Source: Alphaproteobacteria bacterium (lineage in GTDB: Bacteria; Pseudomonadota; Alphaproteobacteria; Rs-D84). From it: 64,000 bases of DNA. Where the stretch lies: the NCBI GenBank assembly GCA_017503725.1, contig JAFVSL010000005.1, forward strand, positions 15,455-79,454. The letters are read 5' to 3'. How positions within the stretch are numbered: position 1 is the stretch's first letter; each line of letters opens with the position of its first letter. Positions 45,624-56,018 of this stretch are shown here, piece after piece. The translations under genes were made by a program, and so were the position numbers. The notes under the pieces are model-generated. The model searched no databases and was not told where the DNA came from. It saw only the letters and a list, made by a program, of their open reading frames with translations.

Positions 45624-48236
45624 TTATTCCTGTTTGTATCGTTTTTCTCTGTTTAAGAAAGCCTCAAAACCGCCCTCTAGAGCATATAATTTGGCACGTT
45701 GTTCCATATTTTCTATGGTAAAACTTGTTATGTTAGAATCTTTATCAAGATGAATCACTTGATCAGAGTCACCATTTATAACTATATTTGCATTGTGTGT
45801 AGCAAAAATAATTTGCCGTTTAGATTTGATGATTTTTAATATTTTTACTAACTCATTATATATTACAGGTTCTCCTAGGTTGCTTTCTGGTTCATCTATA
45901 ATGATTGGTGTATTTCCAAGTGATAATAATATAATAATAGTTGCGGTTGCTCTTTGTCCAAATGAGCAATCCAATATGTTTTTGTTGTTGTACAGTATAT
46001 TTATTTGTTTGTACTTAACAATATTGTTATATATTTCATCATACTTTGTTTGGAATTCATCCCAATAAATTGTTAAATAATTTGATAAATATTCGACAAT
46101 TTTTAAATCTTGTTTTTCTAACTTCTTGATATAATCTTCTGGTTTATTTATGTTTTTTGGGCATATAAAAGAATTGTTCGAAATTAGTCTCCTTTCCAAT
46201 TCAGATATAAAACTACGTTCTGTTATTTTTAATTCTTGCAATCTATGATCTAGCCAATTGATAAAATCTTTATTCGCTGTTCTATAATCAAAAGTTAATT
46301 CAAAGTTTATCAAGGAACTTTCTTTTCCGCCTATGTTAACCATCTTTTGTGATAAAGAAGTAAATTCTTCTTGTAATGTATTCTGATATGCCTTGATATC
46401 ATTATCAATGTCATTTACAACATTTTTCATAGATACTATATCCGAACGAAGTCCAGAAATTTTAATCATGCATTGTTTAATTTGCTCTTCAAGATTCACT
46501 TTGTTTTGTTCCAAAACAAGTTTGTCTGTTAAATTCTCATCGTTTTCAAAACCACGAAGTTTCAAATATTCTTTCAGTTGGTCTTGTATTTGAACGATGT
46601 CTGAATTGATAGTTTGAAGGCGTTTTTCGGTTGTTTCGAATTGTTTTGGAACAAATGTTTCACCGGCAAATACGGTATGTTCTTCTAATAAGGTTCTTAA
46701 AGATTCAAAAATTGCGTTATATGCTATTCCATATTCGCTTGACGGCTCTGCAGGAATATAATTACCTGTTTTGTGTTCATCGGAATGGTGAACAATGCGA
46801 AGTAATTCTAAAATAACTTTTGTGTATTTATCTTTTTCAATTTGTATATTATTACCTTGTAATATATTTGCTCTTAACCGTTTATTAAAATCAATATAAG
46901 TTTCATCACTAATCCCTGAAATGATTTTTTCAATGTGTTGCTGTTTAATGGTTAAATTGTTCTTTTCTGTTTCGGCATCTAATAATTGCTTGTTTTTGTT
47001 TATAATAGAAATGTAACAGGCAAGTTTATTTTGAATACGTTGTTCTATGTCAGAAAGCGTTGGAGATTGTATTCGATGTCTAACAATATTGGTTATTTCA
47101 TAATTTCTTGCTATACTCTCTATCTCGTTTTGTGTGTAGTATTCTACCTGATCTGTGTTTTTTGTTTCTGCTAAAAATTCTGTCGGTTTATATTGTTTGT
47201 TTAATATTTTGTTAATTATATGATCTCCTTTCTCTCTGATCTTTTTATTGATGGATGAAAGCCCCATTTTATAAGCCAGCAAATCTAGAAAGACCGATTT
47301 TCCTGTTCCTCTATCTCCAATTATACAAATCAGTCCTTTGTTAAGAAATACTTCTTGGTTGATTCCAGAAAAGCAAAATTTGTCCTCTTTCCCGTCCACA
47401 AGTGGTATATATACTTCATCAGGTACAGATAACCGAACATTTTCAATATTGTATAAAGATTCTTCAGGAACCGCCCCAGAAGGTTTTACCTGTATTCTAG
47501 ATTCGCATGAGCAAAGCGCCTGTCTTAGACCTTCTAGTGTTAAATCTGATTTGATCCACAAATCTGCTTTAGGGCTATATGCTCTTGCATCGTGATTGTC
47601 GGAACACAGAATCATAGGGTATACACCTATATTTGGAAATACTTTTTCTTTGTATTCTGCCATATCTCTTTCTTGTCCCATTTCAAAAATATCAATTTTG
47701 TTAACAATATCTGTTTTGATAGCTTGAGATACCTGTAACGAATTTGTTATAACATCATCGATACCATTGCTTTTTCTTCCCGCGTGTATAGATACTAGAC
47801 CATTAAATTCTCGGATTATTTCAATGGCCGCATCTATGTTTACATAGATTTCGTCCTCTGTTCTGCCATTCTGCTTCTGATGATATATACCGCCTTTGTG
47901 TTCAAACGAATTATTGATAGCATCAATGTCAACATGTTCATCAAATATCCCGATTATGTGAATATTCTCTCCAGCACCGCATTCTGTTCGAATTTCAATT
48001 CCTGGAAATACAACCAATTTATCTGCAGCTAATCTTTGTAAATTTTCTATTCTATTTTTATCAATATTGTTATGATCTGTTATTACGACCGCAGAAATAT
48101 TTTTTGAAGTTAAACTATTTATGATGTCTTCGTCGGTTATTGCATTATTTTTATAATCTGAAGAAGATGGTGTATGAAAATGCAAATCCCATTTGTGCCA
48201 TTGGGAACCACAAAAAGATTTTCTTAAATTACCCAT
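45624..48236 (-). CDS. 870-aa protein: N-terminal PHP-type phosphoesterase domain plus ABC/SMC-like ATPase with a long coiled-coil insert between Walker A and Walker B. Defence-type single-protein architecture.
   Basis: PHP motifs (WDLHFHTPSSSDY, VITDHNN, HAGR). Walker A GDRGTGKS. Walker B IIIDEPES. H-loop FATHNANIV. A coiled-coil of about 400 aa in between. The gene is AT-rich. Confidence 0.75.
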   Translation of the reverse strand: MGNLRKSFCGSQWHKWDLHFHTPSSSDYKNNAITDEDIINSLTSKNISAVVITDHNNIDKNRIENLQRLAADKLVVFPGIEIRTECGAGENIHIIGIFDEHVDIDAINNSFEHKGGIYHQKQNGRTEDEIYVNIDAAIEIIREFNGLVSIHAGRKSNGIDDVITNSLQVSQAIKTDIVNKIDIFEMGQERDMAEYKEKVFPNIGVYPMILCSDNHDARAYSPKADLWIKSDLTLEGLRQALCSCESRIQVKPSGAVPEESLYNIENVRLSVPDEVYIPLVDGKEDKFCFSGINQEVFLNKGLICIIGDRGTGKSVFLDLLAYKMGLSSINKKIREKGDHIINKILNKQYKPTEFLAETKNTDQVEYYTQNEIESIARNYEITNIVRHRIQSPTLSDIEQRIQNKLACYISIINKNKQLLDAETEKNNLTIKQQHIEKIISGISDETYIDFNKRLRANILQGNNIQIEKDKYTKVILELLRIVHHSDEHKTGNYIPAEPSSEYGIAYNAIFESLRTLLEEHTVFAGETFVPKQFETTEKRLQTINSDIVQIQDQLKEYLKLRGFENDENLTDKLVLEQNKVNLEEQIKQCMIKISGLRSDIVSMKNVVNDIDNDIKAYQNTLQEEFTSLSQKMVNIGGKESSLINFELTFDYRTANKDFINWLDHRLQELKITERSFISELERRLISNNSFICPKNINKPEDYIKKLEKQDLKIVEYLSNYLTIYWDEFQTKYDEIYNNIVKYKQINILYNNKNILDCSFGQRATATIIILLSLGNTPIIIDEPESNLGEPVIYNELVKILKIIKSKRQIIFATHNANIVINGDSDQVIHLDKDSNITSFTIENMEQRAKLYALEGGFEAFLNREKRYKQE

Positions 48237-48388
48237 ATTATTTGTGCCCTTATGTTAATATTATTATATATCCAATATACCGATACAAGTATAGCTTGGT
48301 TTAATTTTATTTTCAACCTTGCAAATACCTGTTACTTTTGCCAAAATATAAATACACAGTATATCCATATGAAGTCAGCAACCCCATC

Positions 48389-48760
48389 ATGATCACGATA
48401 TTATTATCCATTAAGCCGCAATTTGTAAAAAAGATACTTTCTGGTGAAAAGTGTTTTGAATTCAGAAAGCATATTCCAAATAAAGCGATTGATAAAATTT
48501 TGATATACAGTTCCTATCCGGTGTGTGCTGTTGTAGGAGAGGTAGAAGTTCTAAGTATAATATCTACATCGCCAAAAAAGCTGTGGGAAGAAACTAAAAA
48601 TCAATCGGGAATTGATTCTGAGTTCTTTTTCAAATATTTTGCCGGCAAGGATACAGCATACGCATATAAGCTAGGCAAAATAACAAAATATCCAATTGCA
48701 AAACAGTTAAGTGACTTCGGGGTAAAATATGCCCCTCAGTCATTTGTTTACATAAAGTAA
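48389..48760 (+). CDS. ASCH (PUA-like) domain protein
   Basis: MITILLSIKPQFVKKILSGEKCFEFRK resembles the N-terminal beta-barrel of ASCH domains. ATG at 48389. The six-frame ORF begins at a TTG at 48338. Confidence 0.5.
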   Translation: MITILLSIKPQFVKKILSGEKCFEFRKHIPNKAIDKILIYSSYPVCAVVGEVEVLSIISTSPKKLWEETKNQSGIDSEFFFKYFAGKDTAYAYKLGKITKYPIAKQLSDFGVKYAPQSFVYIK

Positions 48761-48761
48761 A

Positions 48762-49727
48762 TTACCATTCTACATCGATGTAAAACATATCGGCTGGTTG
48801 ACCAAGCAACTGTATATCGAATTTCAAACTTGGTTCTACAATCGTGCTGGCACTGTGTATTCTGAAAGATATCGCCCAACCATTGTCCATTGTTAACACG
48901 ATGGTCGTTTTAGAACCGGGTTTGTATGCTAATTCAATAATTCTTGTAGGTAGTTTGATTTTTGGGATGCTAATCTGCGGTTTAGACACTTTAGATGACT
49001 GGTTTAGGGTGCCGCATACATTAAATGGCATTACTGTGGTTTTATGATCGTTATGGTGGATTAGTTTATAATAATCTTTGCCATTTGACCCCAGTAGATA
49101 TGCGATTATTCCAGATGTAACTTTATCATTATGCAGTTTGAATAGGCTATTAAACTCATCAATAAATGCATCTAAAACTGGCACATAAACGCCATCTTGC
49201 TTATCTGGTAAATCTGACCACGCCACACCGTTATGTTTCAACTCTATAAGCCGGTTAAAAATTGGAGTTATAGCAGAAAAATATTTGTCCGAGCACGGTA
49301 AACCAAACCATTCGTTCCCAAAATCAATATGTTGGGACAATCTGGAGTGTTTAAGAGCAGCATGATTATGTTTCACGGATATCCCTATCTCCCATTTAAT
49401 ATCTCTGCGAATTATGATGACATCACGAATATCACCAGTTCTTGCAATATTATCTGGTTGTAAAAATATTGTCAACGCATCTCTTCCGTCTTCAATGATC
49501 TTTGGTTCCATTTGAATAATGACATCTATACCGGCTGCAGCTGATTTTAGCATATCTTGCTGAACTGTTTCTGTTACACATTCAAAACATTGTTTAGCTA
49601 CCGCAAAGCTGGAGTTTTCTTCAATCGTCACAGGACGGATCTTGGAAACCTTATCATGTATTGTTTGCAAACATGCGTATTCGTATGCCTTGCCCATAAT
49701 CATTGATTGTTCGGTGGATCTGTTCAT
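48762..49727 (-). CDS. Probable Type II restriction endonuclease partnered with the adjacent C5-methyltransferase
   Basis: 321-aa ORF overlapping the MTase stop by 4 nt on the same strand. No sequence motif is conclusive. Assignment is by context and size. Confidence 0.45.
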   Translation of the reverse strand: MNRSTEQSMIMGKAYEYACLQTIHDKVSKIRPVTIEENSSFAVAKQCFECVTETVQQDMLKSAAAGIDVIIQMEPKIIEDGRDALTIFLQPDNIARTGDIRDVIIIRRDIKWEIGISVKHNHAALKHSRLSQHIDFGNEWFGLPCSDKYFSAITPIFNRLIELKHNGVAWSDLPDKQDGVYVPVLDAFIDEFNSLFKLHNDKVTSGIIAYLLGSNGKDYYKLIHHNDHKTTVMPFNVCGTLNQSSKVSKPQISIPKIKLPTRIIELAYKPGSKTTIVLTMDNGWAISFRIHSASTIVEPSLKFDIQLLGQPADMFYIDVEW

Positions 49728-50713
49728 TCGGTTAAATCCTCCATAATCTGTTTTGCAATTTCAAAAGCTAGATTGACAGGAACTGCATTGCCAATCATTT
49801 TGTATCCCACAGCAACATCGGTATATACAAAAATGAAGTCATCCGGGAAGGTTTGGATTCTTGCGCACTCGCGCACGGAAAGTCTGCGATAAGCAGATTC
49901 TTGTCCTTTTACAAATTCGAACTTGTCAGTACTTGCCTTTTGCATAGCTGGTGCGCTGGGGTGTAATGGTGCTTGGCGACCTCCAGCCTGAATAGTGAAA
50001 GAAGGTTCATTCCATCCCCTTACACGATTTCGTGACATAAATATAGAAGACCAGCCACCGATCATGTATTCATGATTAGGAATTTGCAATTCTCCATTGG
50101 TCTTGTTCTTTTCTTTTGCTGGAATTGCGGTCGGCAAATCGCCGATCGCATCTTTCAGGGTTGGCTTATATTCTTTTGGTGCAGGAAACACAAATTTCTT
50201 TTTAAGATCTTTGCGATATCCAATTATGATAACCCTTTTGCGGGTTTCTGGAACGTTATAATCATTAGCATCCACCAATTGCCAGAATATATCATATCCA
50301 CAATCTTCAAATTCTTTTAGAAATCCCTGAAACGCATCAGCGTGTTTTGGATGTAATATGCCAGCCACATTTTCTACCAAGAAGAACTTGGGTTGTTTTA
50401 CTTTCAAAATCCGAATATAGTCATAAAACAGTTGGCCTCGTTTATCTTCTATTCCTCGTCTCGCTCCAGCTTCCGACCAACTTTGACATGGAGGTCCACC
50501 TATAATGCCGATAGAATCTGGGATTTCGCTAGCATCAACATCGGTAATGCTACGTCTGTCCAGCTTAGTGTGTGGAAAATTACGTTCAAAAGTCGCCCAT
50601 ATAGTTTTATCAAACTCATTTGCCCATATAGTATGAAAACCTGCTTTTTCAAAACCTAAATCTAAACCACCAGCACCGCTAAAAAACGACACAACACTAA
50701 AATCTTTCGACAT
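49724..50713 (-). CDS. DNA (cytosine-5)-methyltransferase, from memory closely resembling the GGCC-specific M.HaeIII
   Basis: Motif [12 protein letters not shown], motif [11 protein letters not shown], motif VI ENVAGIL, the C-terminal ...[16 protein letters not shown], and the variable region ...KNKTNGE...[33 protein letters not shown]. Confidence 0.9.
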   Translation of the reverse strand: MSKDFSVVSFFSGAGGLDLGFEKAGFHTIWANEFDKTIWATFERNFPHTKLDRRSITDVDASEIPDSIGIIGGPPCQSWSEAGARRGIEDKRGQLFYDYIRILKVKQPKFFLVENVAGILHPKHADAFQGFLKEFEDCGYDIFWQLVDANDYNVPETRKRVIIIGYRKDLKKKFVFPAPKEYKPTLKDAIGDLPTAIPAKEKNKTNGELQIPNHEYMIGGWSSIFMSRNRVRGWNEPSFTIQAGGRQAPLHPSAPAMQKASTDKFEFVKGQESAYRRLSVRECARIQTFPDDFIFVYTDVAVGYKMIGNAVPVNLAFEIAKQIMEDLTE

Positions 50714-50844
50714 TTTCCTTCCCTTTGGGTTTCTCTCAAAGGGCGGAATAATTAAACCACGAAATTGTTGTTACACAAAAACAATTGCTGAAATCGGTTG
50801 ATTTTCGCGGTTTTTTTATTTACAATTTTGGAACAATTAAAGGG

Positions 50845-51441
50845 TCATTTTCTGCTTTCAAGAAATCGCGAAATTGTGGGCGGGCTGACCCGGATAGTTC
50901 TGGCAATTTTTCGTTTAGAAACTCCTGCTGAATACATATCTAAAATCAAGTTTTCATGACCGTCAATGATATGGTAAGTATTCTTTTGGCCATTTGGACG
51001 GCCCAGTTTTACACCGCGTAATTGCAATGCTGCCAATGCCTCTTTGGTGCGCTGGGCGATAAGATTACGTTCAATCTCAGCTGATAGCCCAAATGCAAAC
51101 GCTAAAACCTTAGATTGAATAGTGTCACCCAACTCATAGCCATCTTTGACGGTATAAAGACGCGCCCCTATTTTCATGCAATGTTCCAATATTCGCATAA
51201 TCATGAACATTTTTCGCCCAAGACGCGAAAGTTCACTACATATTATAACGTCGCCCGGATTTAAATGTTGCAAAACACCGCCTAATGCGCGTTGCTCTGG
51301 CTCTTTGGTGCCGGAAATGCCCGCATCTTCAATGTATTTATCAATACAAAGCCCTAATGCGCTGGCTTTGGATTCAATGCCCAATTTTTGGTTTTCACAG
51401 TCTTGTTTATCGGTCGAAACCCGAATATACCCATATATCAC
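50845..51441 (-). CDS. Serine recombinase (resolvase/invertase family)
   Basis: N-terminal catalytic MIYGYIRVSTDKQ (Ser nucleophile). C-terminal HTH. 198 aa. Confidence 0.85.
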   Translation of the reverse strand: MIYGYIRVSTDKQDCENQKLGIESKASALGLCIDKYIEDAGISGTKEPEQRALGGVLQHLNPGDVIICSELSRLGRKMFMIMRILEHCMKIGARLYTVKDGYELGDTIQSKVLAFAFGLSAEIERNLIAQRTKEALAALQLRGVKLGRPNGQKNTYHIIDGHENLILDMYSAGVSKRKIARTIRVSPPTISRFLESRK

Positions 51442-51597
51442 AATAAACTCCTTTGGTTTGTTGTTCTATATGCCGTAGATTTCATTTTATTCAAGTAAAA
51501 ATAATGTTGATATTACCCTTGCTTTTACTAAATGTCGTATTATTAAACTGGATGTTTGCGCTGGTTGTGCTTTGTTTGTTCTAAAAAAGGAGTAAGC

Positions 51598-52767
51598 ATG
51601 ACATTAAAAGAATCAATCAACAACCTAGAAATACGGATAATCAAGGATAAACAGCAACTTATTCGCCTAGAGCGGGAATTAAATAAAAATCAACAACTAA
51701 CAATAAAAATCTTGCAACAAATTTGTCAGCAAATGCAAATGACACAAAAAACACAGTATACCAAGCGGTTATCAATTGGTGAGGTGCTGGAACGTTACAG
51801 AATAAAAAACGGAATAGACAGCGAGGAGACCAAGCGTAAATGCAAAACTATAGCATATTATTCAAATAAAGTAGGCTTAGAATTGAAATGCGAGTATACA
51901 AAATTTCATAGGGATGTAATTTTGTTGAAAATATTTAATGAAATATCAGATAGAAAAGATATAAAGGGGGATCAGAAAGCAAAGCATGCTAGATGGATTG
52001 TTAGTTTTGTAAAATTTGCAGTATTTGCATATCCTGACCTGTATAAAACAGATGTGCTGGTTGGACTTCCATCTATGAAAAAAACACCCAAAAGCGCCAA
52101 ATGCCCCCATACTCCATATACAGATGAACAATTGAAGTCTATTTTTGACCCGAATAAGAAATTCTTTTATTATAATCCAGAGATTTTTTGGGGGTGTATG
52201 ATAGCATTATTTACTGGTGCAAGAAAAAATGCAGCATTTACATTACAATACAAAGATATAATTCTAAAAGATGGTATTTGGTGTATAAATTTCATAGAAG
52301 ACAGTCCAGGAATTAAACAATTAAAAACAGAAGAGTCTGAGCGAATAGTACCAATTCATTCGGCGCTTTTGAAAATGGGTTTCTTAGAATACATCAATAA
52401 AAAACATAAAAACAATGATCAAGATTTTATCTTTAAAAAGACATGCTTGACCTCCAAAGGCAATCTAAATCCTCACATTACGAGGAACTTTTTTATATAC
52501 CTAAAAGATATCGGTGTAAAAAATCCAGAATATGGAAGGTTTGATTTTCATTCATTCCGTAAAAATGCAAACATTATGATGGAAAAATGCGGGATACTCC
52601 GACCCTATATAGATAAGATTATCGGTTGGATGAGTCGTGGTAGCGAGGGCGAAAGATCATATTCAAATTACTCCATAAAACAAGTGTCGGAACAATTAGA
52701 ATTATTACGCTACGATTGTCTCAAAACGGAATTTAAGAGATGGCAAAAGATAATGTCTAAGATATAA
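51598..52767 (+). CDS. Tyrosine integrase/recombinase (phage integrase family)
   Basis: C-terminal catalytic region with R...H.FRKNA...GW...Y pattern. RBS AAGGAG upstream of ATG 51598. Confidence 0.7.
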   Translation: MTLKESINNLEIRIIKDKQQLIRLERELNKNQQLTIKILQQICQQMQMTQKTQYTKRLSIGEVLERYRIKNGIDSEETKRKCKTIAYYSNKVGLELKCEYTKFHRDVILLKIFNEISDRKDIKGDQKAKHARWIVSFVKFAVFAYPDLYKTDVLVGLPSMKKTPKSAKCPHTPYTDEQLKSIFDPNKKFFYYNPEIFWGCMIALFTGARKNAAFTLQYKDIILKDGIWCINFIEDSPGIKQLKTEESERIVPIHSALLKMGFLEYINKKHKNNDQDFIFKKTCLTSKGNLNPHITRNFFIYLKDIGVKNPEYGRFDFHSFRKNANIMMEKCGILRPYIDKIIGWMSRGSEGERSYSNYSIKQVSEQLELLRYDCLKTEFKRWQKIMSKI

Positions 52768-52839
52768 AAAATTCGATTATTTCACTAGATATTCCATTTT
52801 TTGTTGGCATTGTTGTGTTGAAAAAACAAGAGGCACAAC

Positions 52840-53373
52840 ATGACAACGATAAACAAGCAACACGGGTTCTATGGTGCACTGGCGACACGCTATGACAGTC
52901 CGGTCCACCGACAGGAAATCTGGGACTTAGCGATTAAACGCCTGGGGCAAATTCACTCCGAAAAGTCCGCCGCAGAAATCGTAGACTTTCTGAACAGTCG
53001 TACCGGGCGACACCTGGCCGATGAAATATTTGATGACCCCGGCACCCTAAGCTATGGGGTGGCGATGCTACGCATAGCAATGCTGAACAGGCTTAAAATG
53101 GCGAAATGGTGGGCGCATTACAGTGGCACCACGCTGCACACAGCGCCGGTGGACAAGCGTATGCTGTACCGATCGGCAATCAAGAACGAGATGCGCAATC
53201 GGCAAATACGAAAACTGATAGAAGATGCGCTGGCGTGCACCCATTACGAAGTTTGGCAGACCCCAGAAATGTGGTTGAAATCAGACCTGACAGGTTTGGA
53301 CGAGCTGGAAATGATGTGGACACAGATTCAGCAAGAACTAAAAACCAAAGGCGCCACACATGGAAACGATTGA
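52840..53373 (+). CDS. Hypothetical island protein
   Basis: ORF with ATG. No motifs recognised. Confidence 0.4.
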   Translation: MTTINKQHGFYGALATRYDSPVHRQEIWDLAIKRLGQIHSEKSAAEIVDFLNSRTGRHLADEIFDDPGTLSYGVAMLRIAMLNRLKMAKWWAHYSGTTLHTAPVDKRMLYRSAIKNEMRNRQIRKLIEDALACTHYEVWQTPEMWLKSDLTGLDELEMMWTQIQQELKTKGATHGND

Positions 53374-53629
53374 TGCACTGGAACGGAAACTGCACGCCGC
53401 CCAACAACAGGCATGCAACGCTAAATACCCAACGGGGCTGATAGTTGATCTGAACGGGCCAGCCGGCAATATCTTCTATCTTATGGGCATGTGTAATCGG
53501 CTGGTACGGGAACTGCAATTAAGGCCCGCTGAACGCCAAGAATTTGAAACCGAACTATATGCCACCAGGGACTATCAATCCCGACTGGCTGTCATGGCAA
53601 AATGGTTCGGAATCGTGTTTGTAAAGTAA
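53360..53629 (+). CDS. Hypothetical island protein, 89 aa, start overlapping the upstream stop
   Basis: ORF only. Confidence 0.35.
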   Translation: METIDALERKLHAAQQQACNAKYPTGLIVDLNGPAGNIFYLMGMCNRLVRELQLRPAERQEFETELYATRDYQSRLAVMAKWFGIVFVK

Positions 53630-53702
53630 AACCTGGATTGTTTTTTAAGTCCACAAAAAAAGATCTTCTTACTTTATTGCTTTTTCTTGATTTTTATGGA
53701 TT

Positions 53703-54173
53703 ATGGGGTATGATTTCTGTATGAAAAATAATAATCGACGTGTTATTCTTAACCGTTTTTTTGAAGAATTGGACGATGAGACAAAGTGGACACGGGCACG
53801 CGTTGAGGCACAAATTTATTCTGCGGTCATCCTTGCTATTCAGATGGATAAAAACGACAAAACACGGCAACACATGTTGGCAACATGGCCGGCGGAATGT
53901 TCTGTTCGATATGAATGGTTTGAATCTGTTATTGCAGACGTTAAATTGCCCCCAAATATAGCCCCCTTTGATAACACACACGATAATTTTTATAATGTTT
54001 TGGTGCATTGGTTAGATTCTGTGGACAGTGTCACAGATAGAAAATTATTGATTCTGCATTCAATCGGTTTATCAATGAATAAAATCGGCAAAAAGACTGG
54101 GCTGTTACGTCAGACCGCCAGTCGTCGTTACACCAACGCAATCGATGCGCTGGTTTGGAAATTAAACCACTAA
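53703..54173 (+). CDS. Hypothetical protein with C-terminal HTH resembling sigma-70 region 4 or a LuxR-type helix
   Basis: LILHSIGLSMNKIGKKTGLLRQTASRRYTNAIDALVWKL. Confidence 0.4.
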   Translation: MGYDFCMKNNNRRVILNRFFEELDDETKWTRARVEAQIYSAVILAIQMDKNDKTRQHMLATWPAECSVRYEWFESVIADVKLPPNIAPFDNTHDNFYNVLVHWLDSVDSVTDRKLLILHSIGLSMNKIGKKTGLLRQTASRRYTNAIDALVWKLNH

Positions 54174-54334
54174 ACAAACTAACCTGTATACTTATATCGT
54201 ACCTTTTTATACCGTAAAGTAACCTAAACTAACTTAATTTCCTTTTTGTCGCAAAAACGTGCATTGCGCACGGTTATTTTTTATGCATATATCTTTACAT
54301 AGACTCATCAAAACCCGAAACAAAAGGACAAACC

Positions 54335-54544
54335 ATGACAACAATATTATCCAAGGACGAATATATGACGGAACGCGCGCTGGCTGAAATGTGGGGATTG
54401 AAACGCAATACTTTACAAAAATGGCGCAGTACCGGTGTTGGACCAAAATTTCTAAAACGTGTTGGTCGCATTGTATATCGGAAACAAGATATAGCTGAAT
54501 TTGAACAAAACAACATATTTCAGCGTACAAGCGACAAGCAATAG
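54335..54544 (+). CDS. AlpA-like excisionase / MerR-type HTH DNA-binding protein
   Basis: 69 aa. LAEMWGLKRNTLQKWRSTGVGPKF is typical of AlpA/Xis-family prophage regulators. Lies among the integrases. Confidence 0.55.
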   Translation: MTTILSKDEYMTERALAEMWGLKRNTLQKWRSTGVGPKFLKRVGRIVYRKQDIAEFEQNNIFQRTSDKQ

Positions 54545-54547
54545 GAA

Positions 54548-55135
54548 ATGGTTATGAAACGGCTGGCCAATCCAAAATGGGCACTTTTATTGGAAAATAT
54601 ATCACGCGAAGAACGCGGCGACATATTTATGGCGATTTTGAAATACCCCGACTTGGAATGTTCAAGCGCTGTGTGGCCATTTATAAAAGCCGAACTAGAT
54701 GAAGACGATATTAAATATAAAGCCAAATGTGAACGACTGGCCACGAACAGATTGGCGCGTTGGGGCGAACAGAATTCATCAGATATCAAACAGAACTTAT
54801 CAGATATCAGACAGAAATCAGATGCAATAGCAAATAGCAAGTACAGTACAAACACAATAAAACAAAACAAGGAAATGCATACTCATACGAATGATTTGCT
54901 TCAAAAATTAGCAACTTCTTTTAACCCATCACGAGAGCCAACATATCACATAGACAACGAATTTTCGTTAGCCAAAATCATTAAGAGAACCCCAAACTTG
55001 TTCCCAATATTCGATGAATTTACACCGGAACAAATTGCAAATGGGGAAACCTCATTGAAACGCAAATGCATGGGACAAGATAAAACGATGGCACAAATCA
55101 TAGGATGGATAAGAAATGAAGGAAATTTCACATAA
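54548..55135 (+). CDS. Hypothetical island protein
   Basis: ORF only. Confidence 0.4.
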   Translation: MVMKRLANPKWALLLENISREERGDIFMAILKYPDLECSSAVWPFIKAELDEDDIKYKAKCERLATNRLARWGEQNSSDIKQNLSDIRQKSDAIANSKYSTNTIKQNKEMHTHTNDLLQKLATSFNPSREPTYHIDNEFSLAKIIKRTPNLFPIFDEFTPEQIANGETSLKRKCMGQDKTMAQIIGWIRNEGNFT

Positions 55136-55248
55136 AAACATAATAGGTTCTGTGACGAGTTTTCACATTGAGGGTAACGGCGACCGCGACACTTGCCTAG
55201 CGACAGAAATAAAAAAACGGTGAACGGCGAACACTAAAAGGGGTAACG

Positions 55249-55728
55249 ATGTTATTATCTAGAAGAGAATATGCCGCACATCGCGGTGTTGCGGTATCCG
55301 CAGTCCAAAAAGCCATTGAAACAGGACGAATAACACTAATAGACGGGAAAATAGACCCCGAAAAGGCGGATAAAGAATGGGCAGAGAACACTAACCCAGC
55401 CTATAACACCCCGCGCACAAATGACAGTTCTTCAAATTCTTATCAAAGAAGCAAAGCAATGAAGTCGACATACGATGCAATGCTGAAAAAACTGGAATAC
55501 GAAGAACGTGTAGGAAAGCTAATACCATTAGCACAAGCACAATCTGAGGCTTTTGCGGCAGCCCGATTTTCAAGGGATCAATTACTGATGATTCCGCGAC
55601 GTGTTGCACCGCGACTTATCGGACAAACAAACATTTCCGACATTGAGTATATCTTGACCCAAGAAATTACAGAGGCGTTAAGAAATTTATGCAACATATT
55701 ACAAGGAAACAAAGGAGAACAAAAATGA
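55249..55728 (+). CDS. Hypothetical protein with N-terminal HTH-like segment
   Basis: RBS AAAAGGGG. REYAAHRGVAVSAVQKAIETGRI is HTH-like. Confidence 0.4.
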   Translation: MLLSRREYAAHRGVAVSAVQKAIETGRITLIDGKIDPEKADKEWAENTNPAYNTPRTNDSSSNSYQRSKAMKSTYDAMLKKLEYEERVGKLIPLAQAQSEAFAAARFSRDQLLMIPRRVAPRLIGQTNISDIEYILTQEITEALRNLCNILQGNKGEQK

Positions 55729-55955
55729 CACAAAACACAAAAACTGAAATCAAAACTGCATGGGATAAAACAGTTGCATTTTTAATAGAAAAATCAGACA
55801 CAGTATCTGAAAACATCGCATTGGAAATAATAGGAAAACCCAAAGATGAAATACATGCAATTTTAAGTCGCGCAATGACAGAATTCTGGGACATGGGCGA
55901 GCAATATTTCATACAAGAAATCCGCAAAAGCCAGCAAAAAATACAAGAGTCTTGA
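55725..55955 (+). CDS. Hypothetical small protein, 76 aa
   Basis: ATGA overlap with the upstream gene. RBS AAAGGAGAAC. Confidence 0.4.
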   Translation: MTQNTKTEIKTAWDKTVAFLIEKSDTVSENIALEIIGKPKDEIHAILSRAMTEFWDMGEQYFIQEIRKSQQKIQES

Positions 55956-56018
55956 TAGTCTTATTCACTGGACTTGTGCGCTTTTATTATCAATGTTGTG
56001 TGTAACAAAGGACAACAT

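Noticed and set aside
45793-47595. Several 60-90-aa ORFs on the plus strand inside the PHP-ATPase gene
   Set aside because: They are antisense to a long, well-supported minus-strand CDS in very AT-rich DNA where random ORFs are frequent. No RBS is present.
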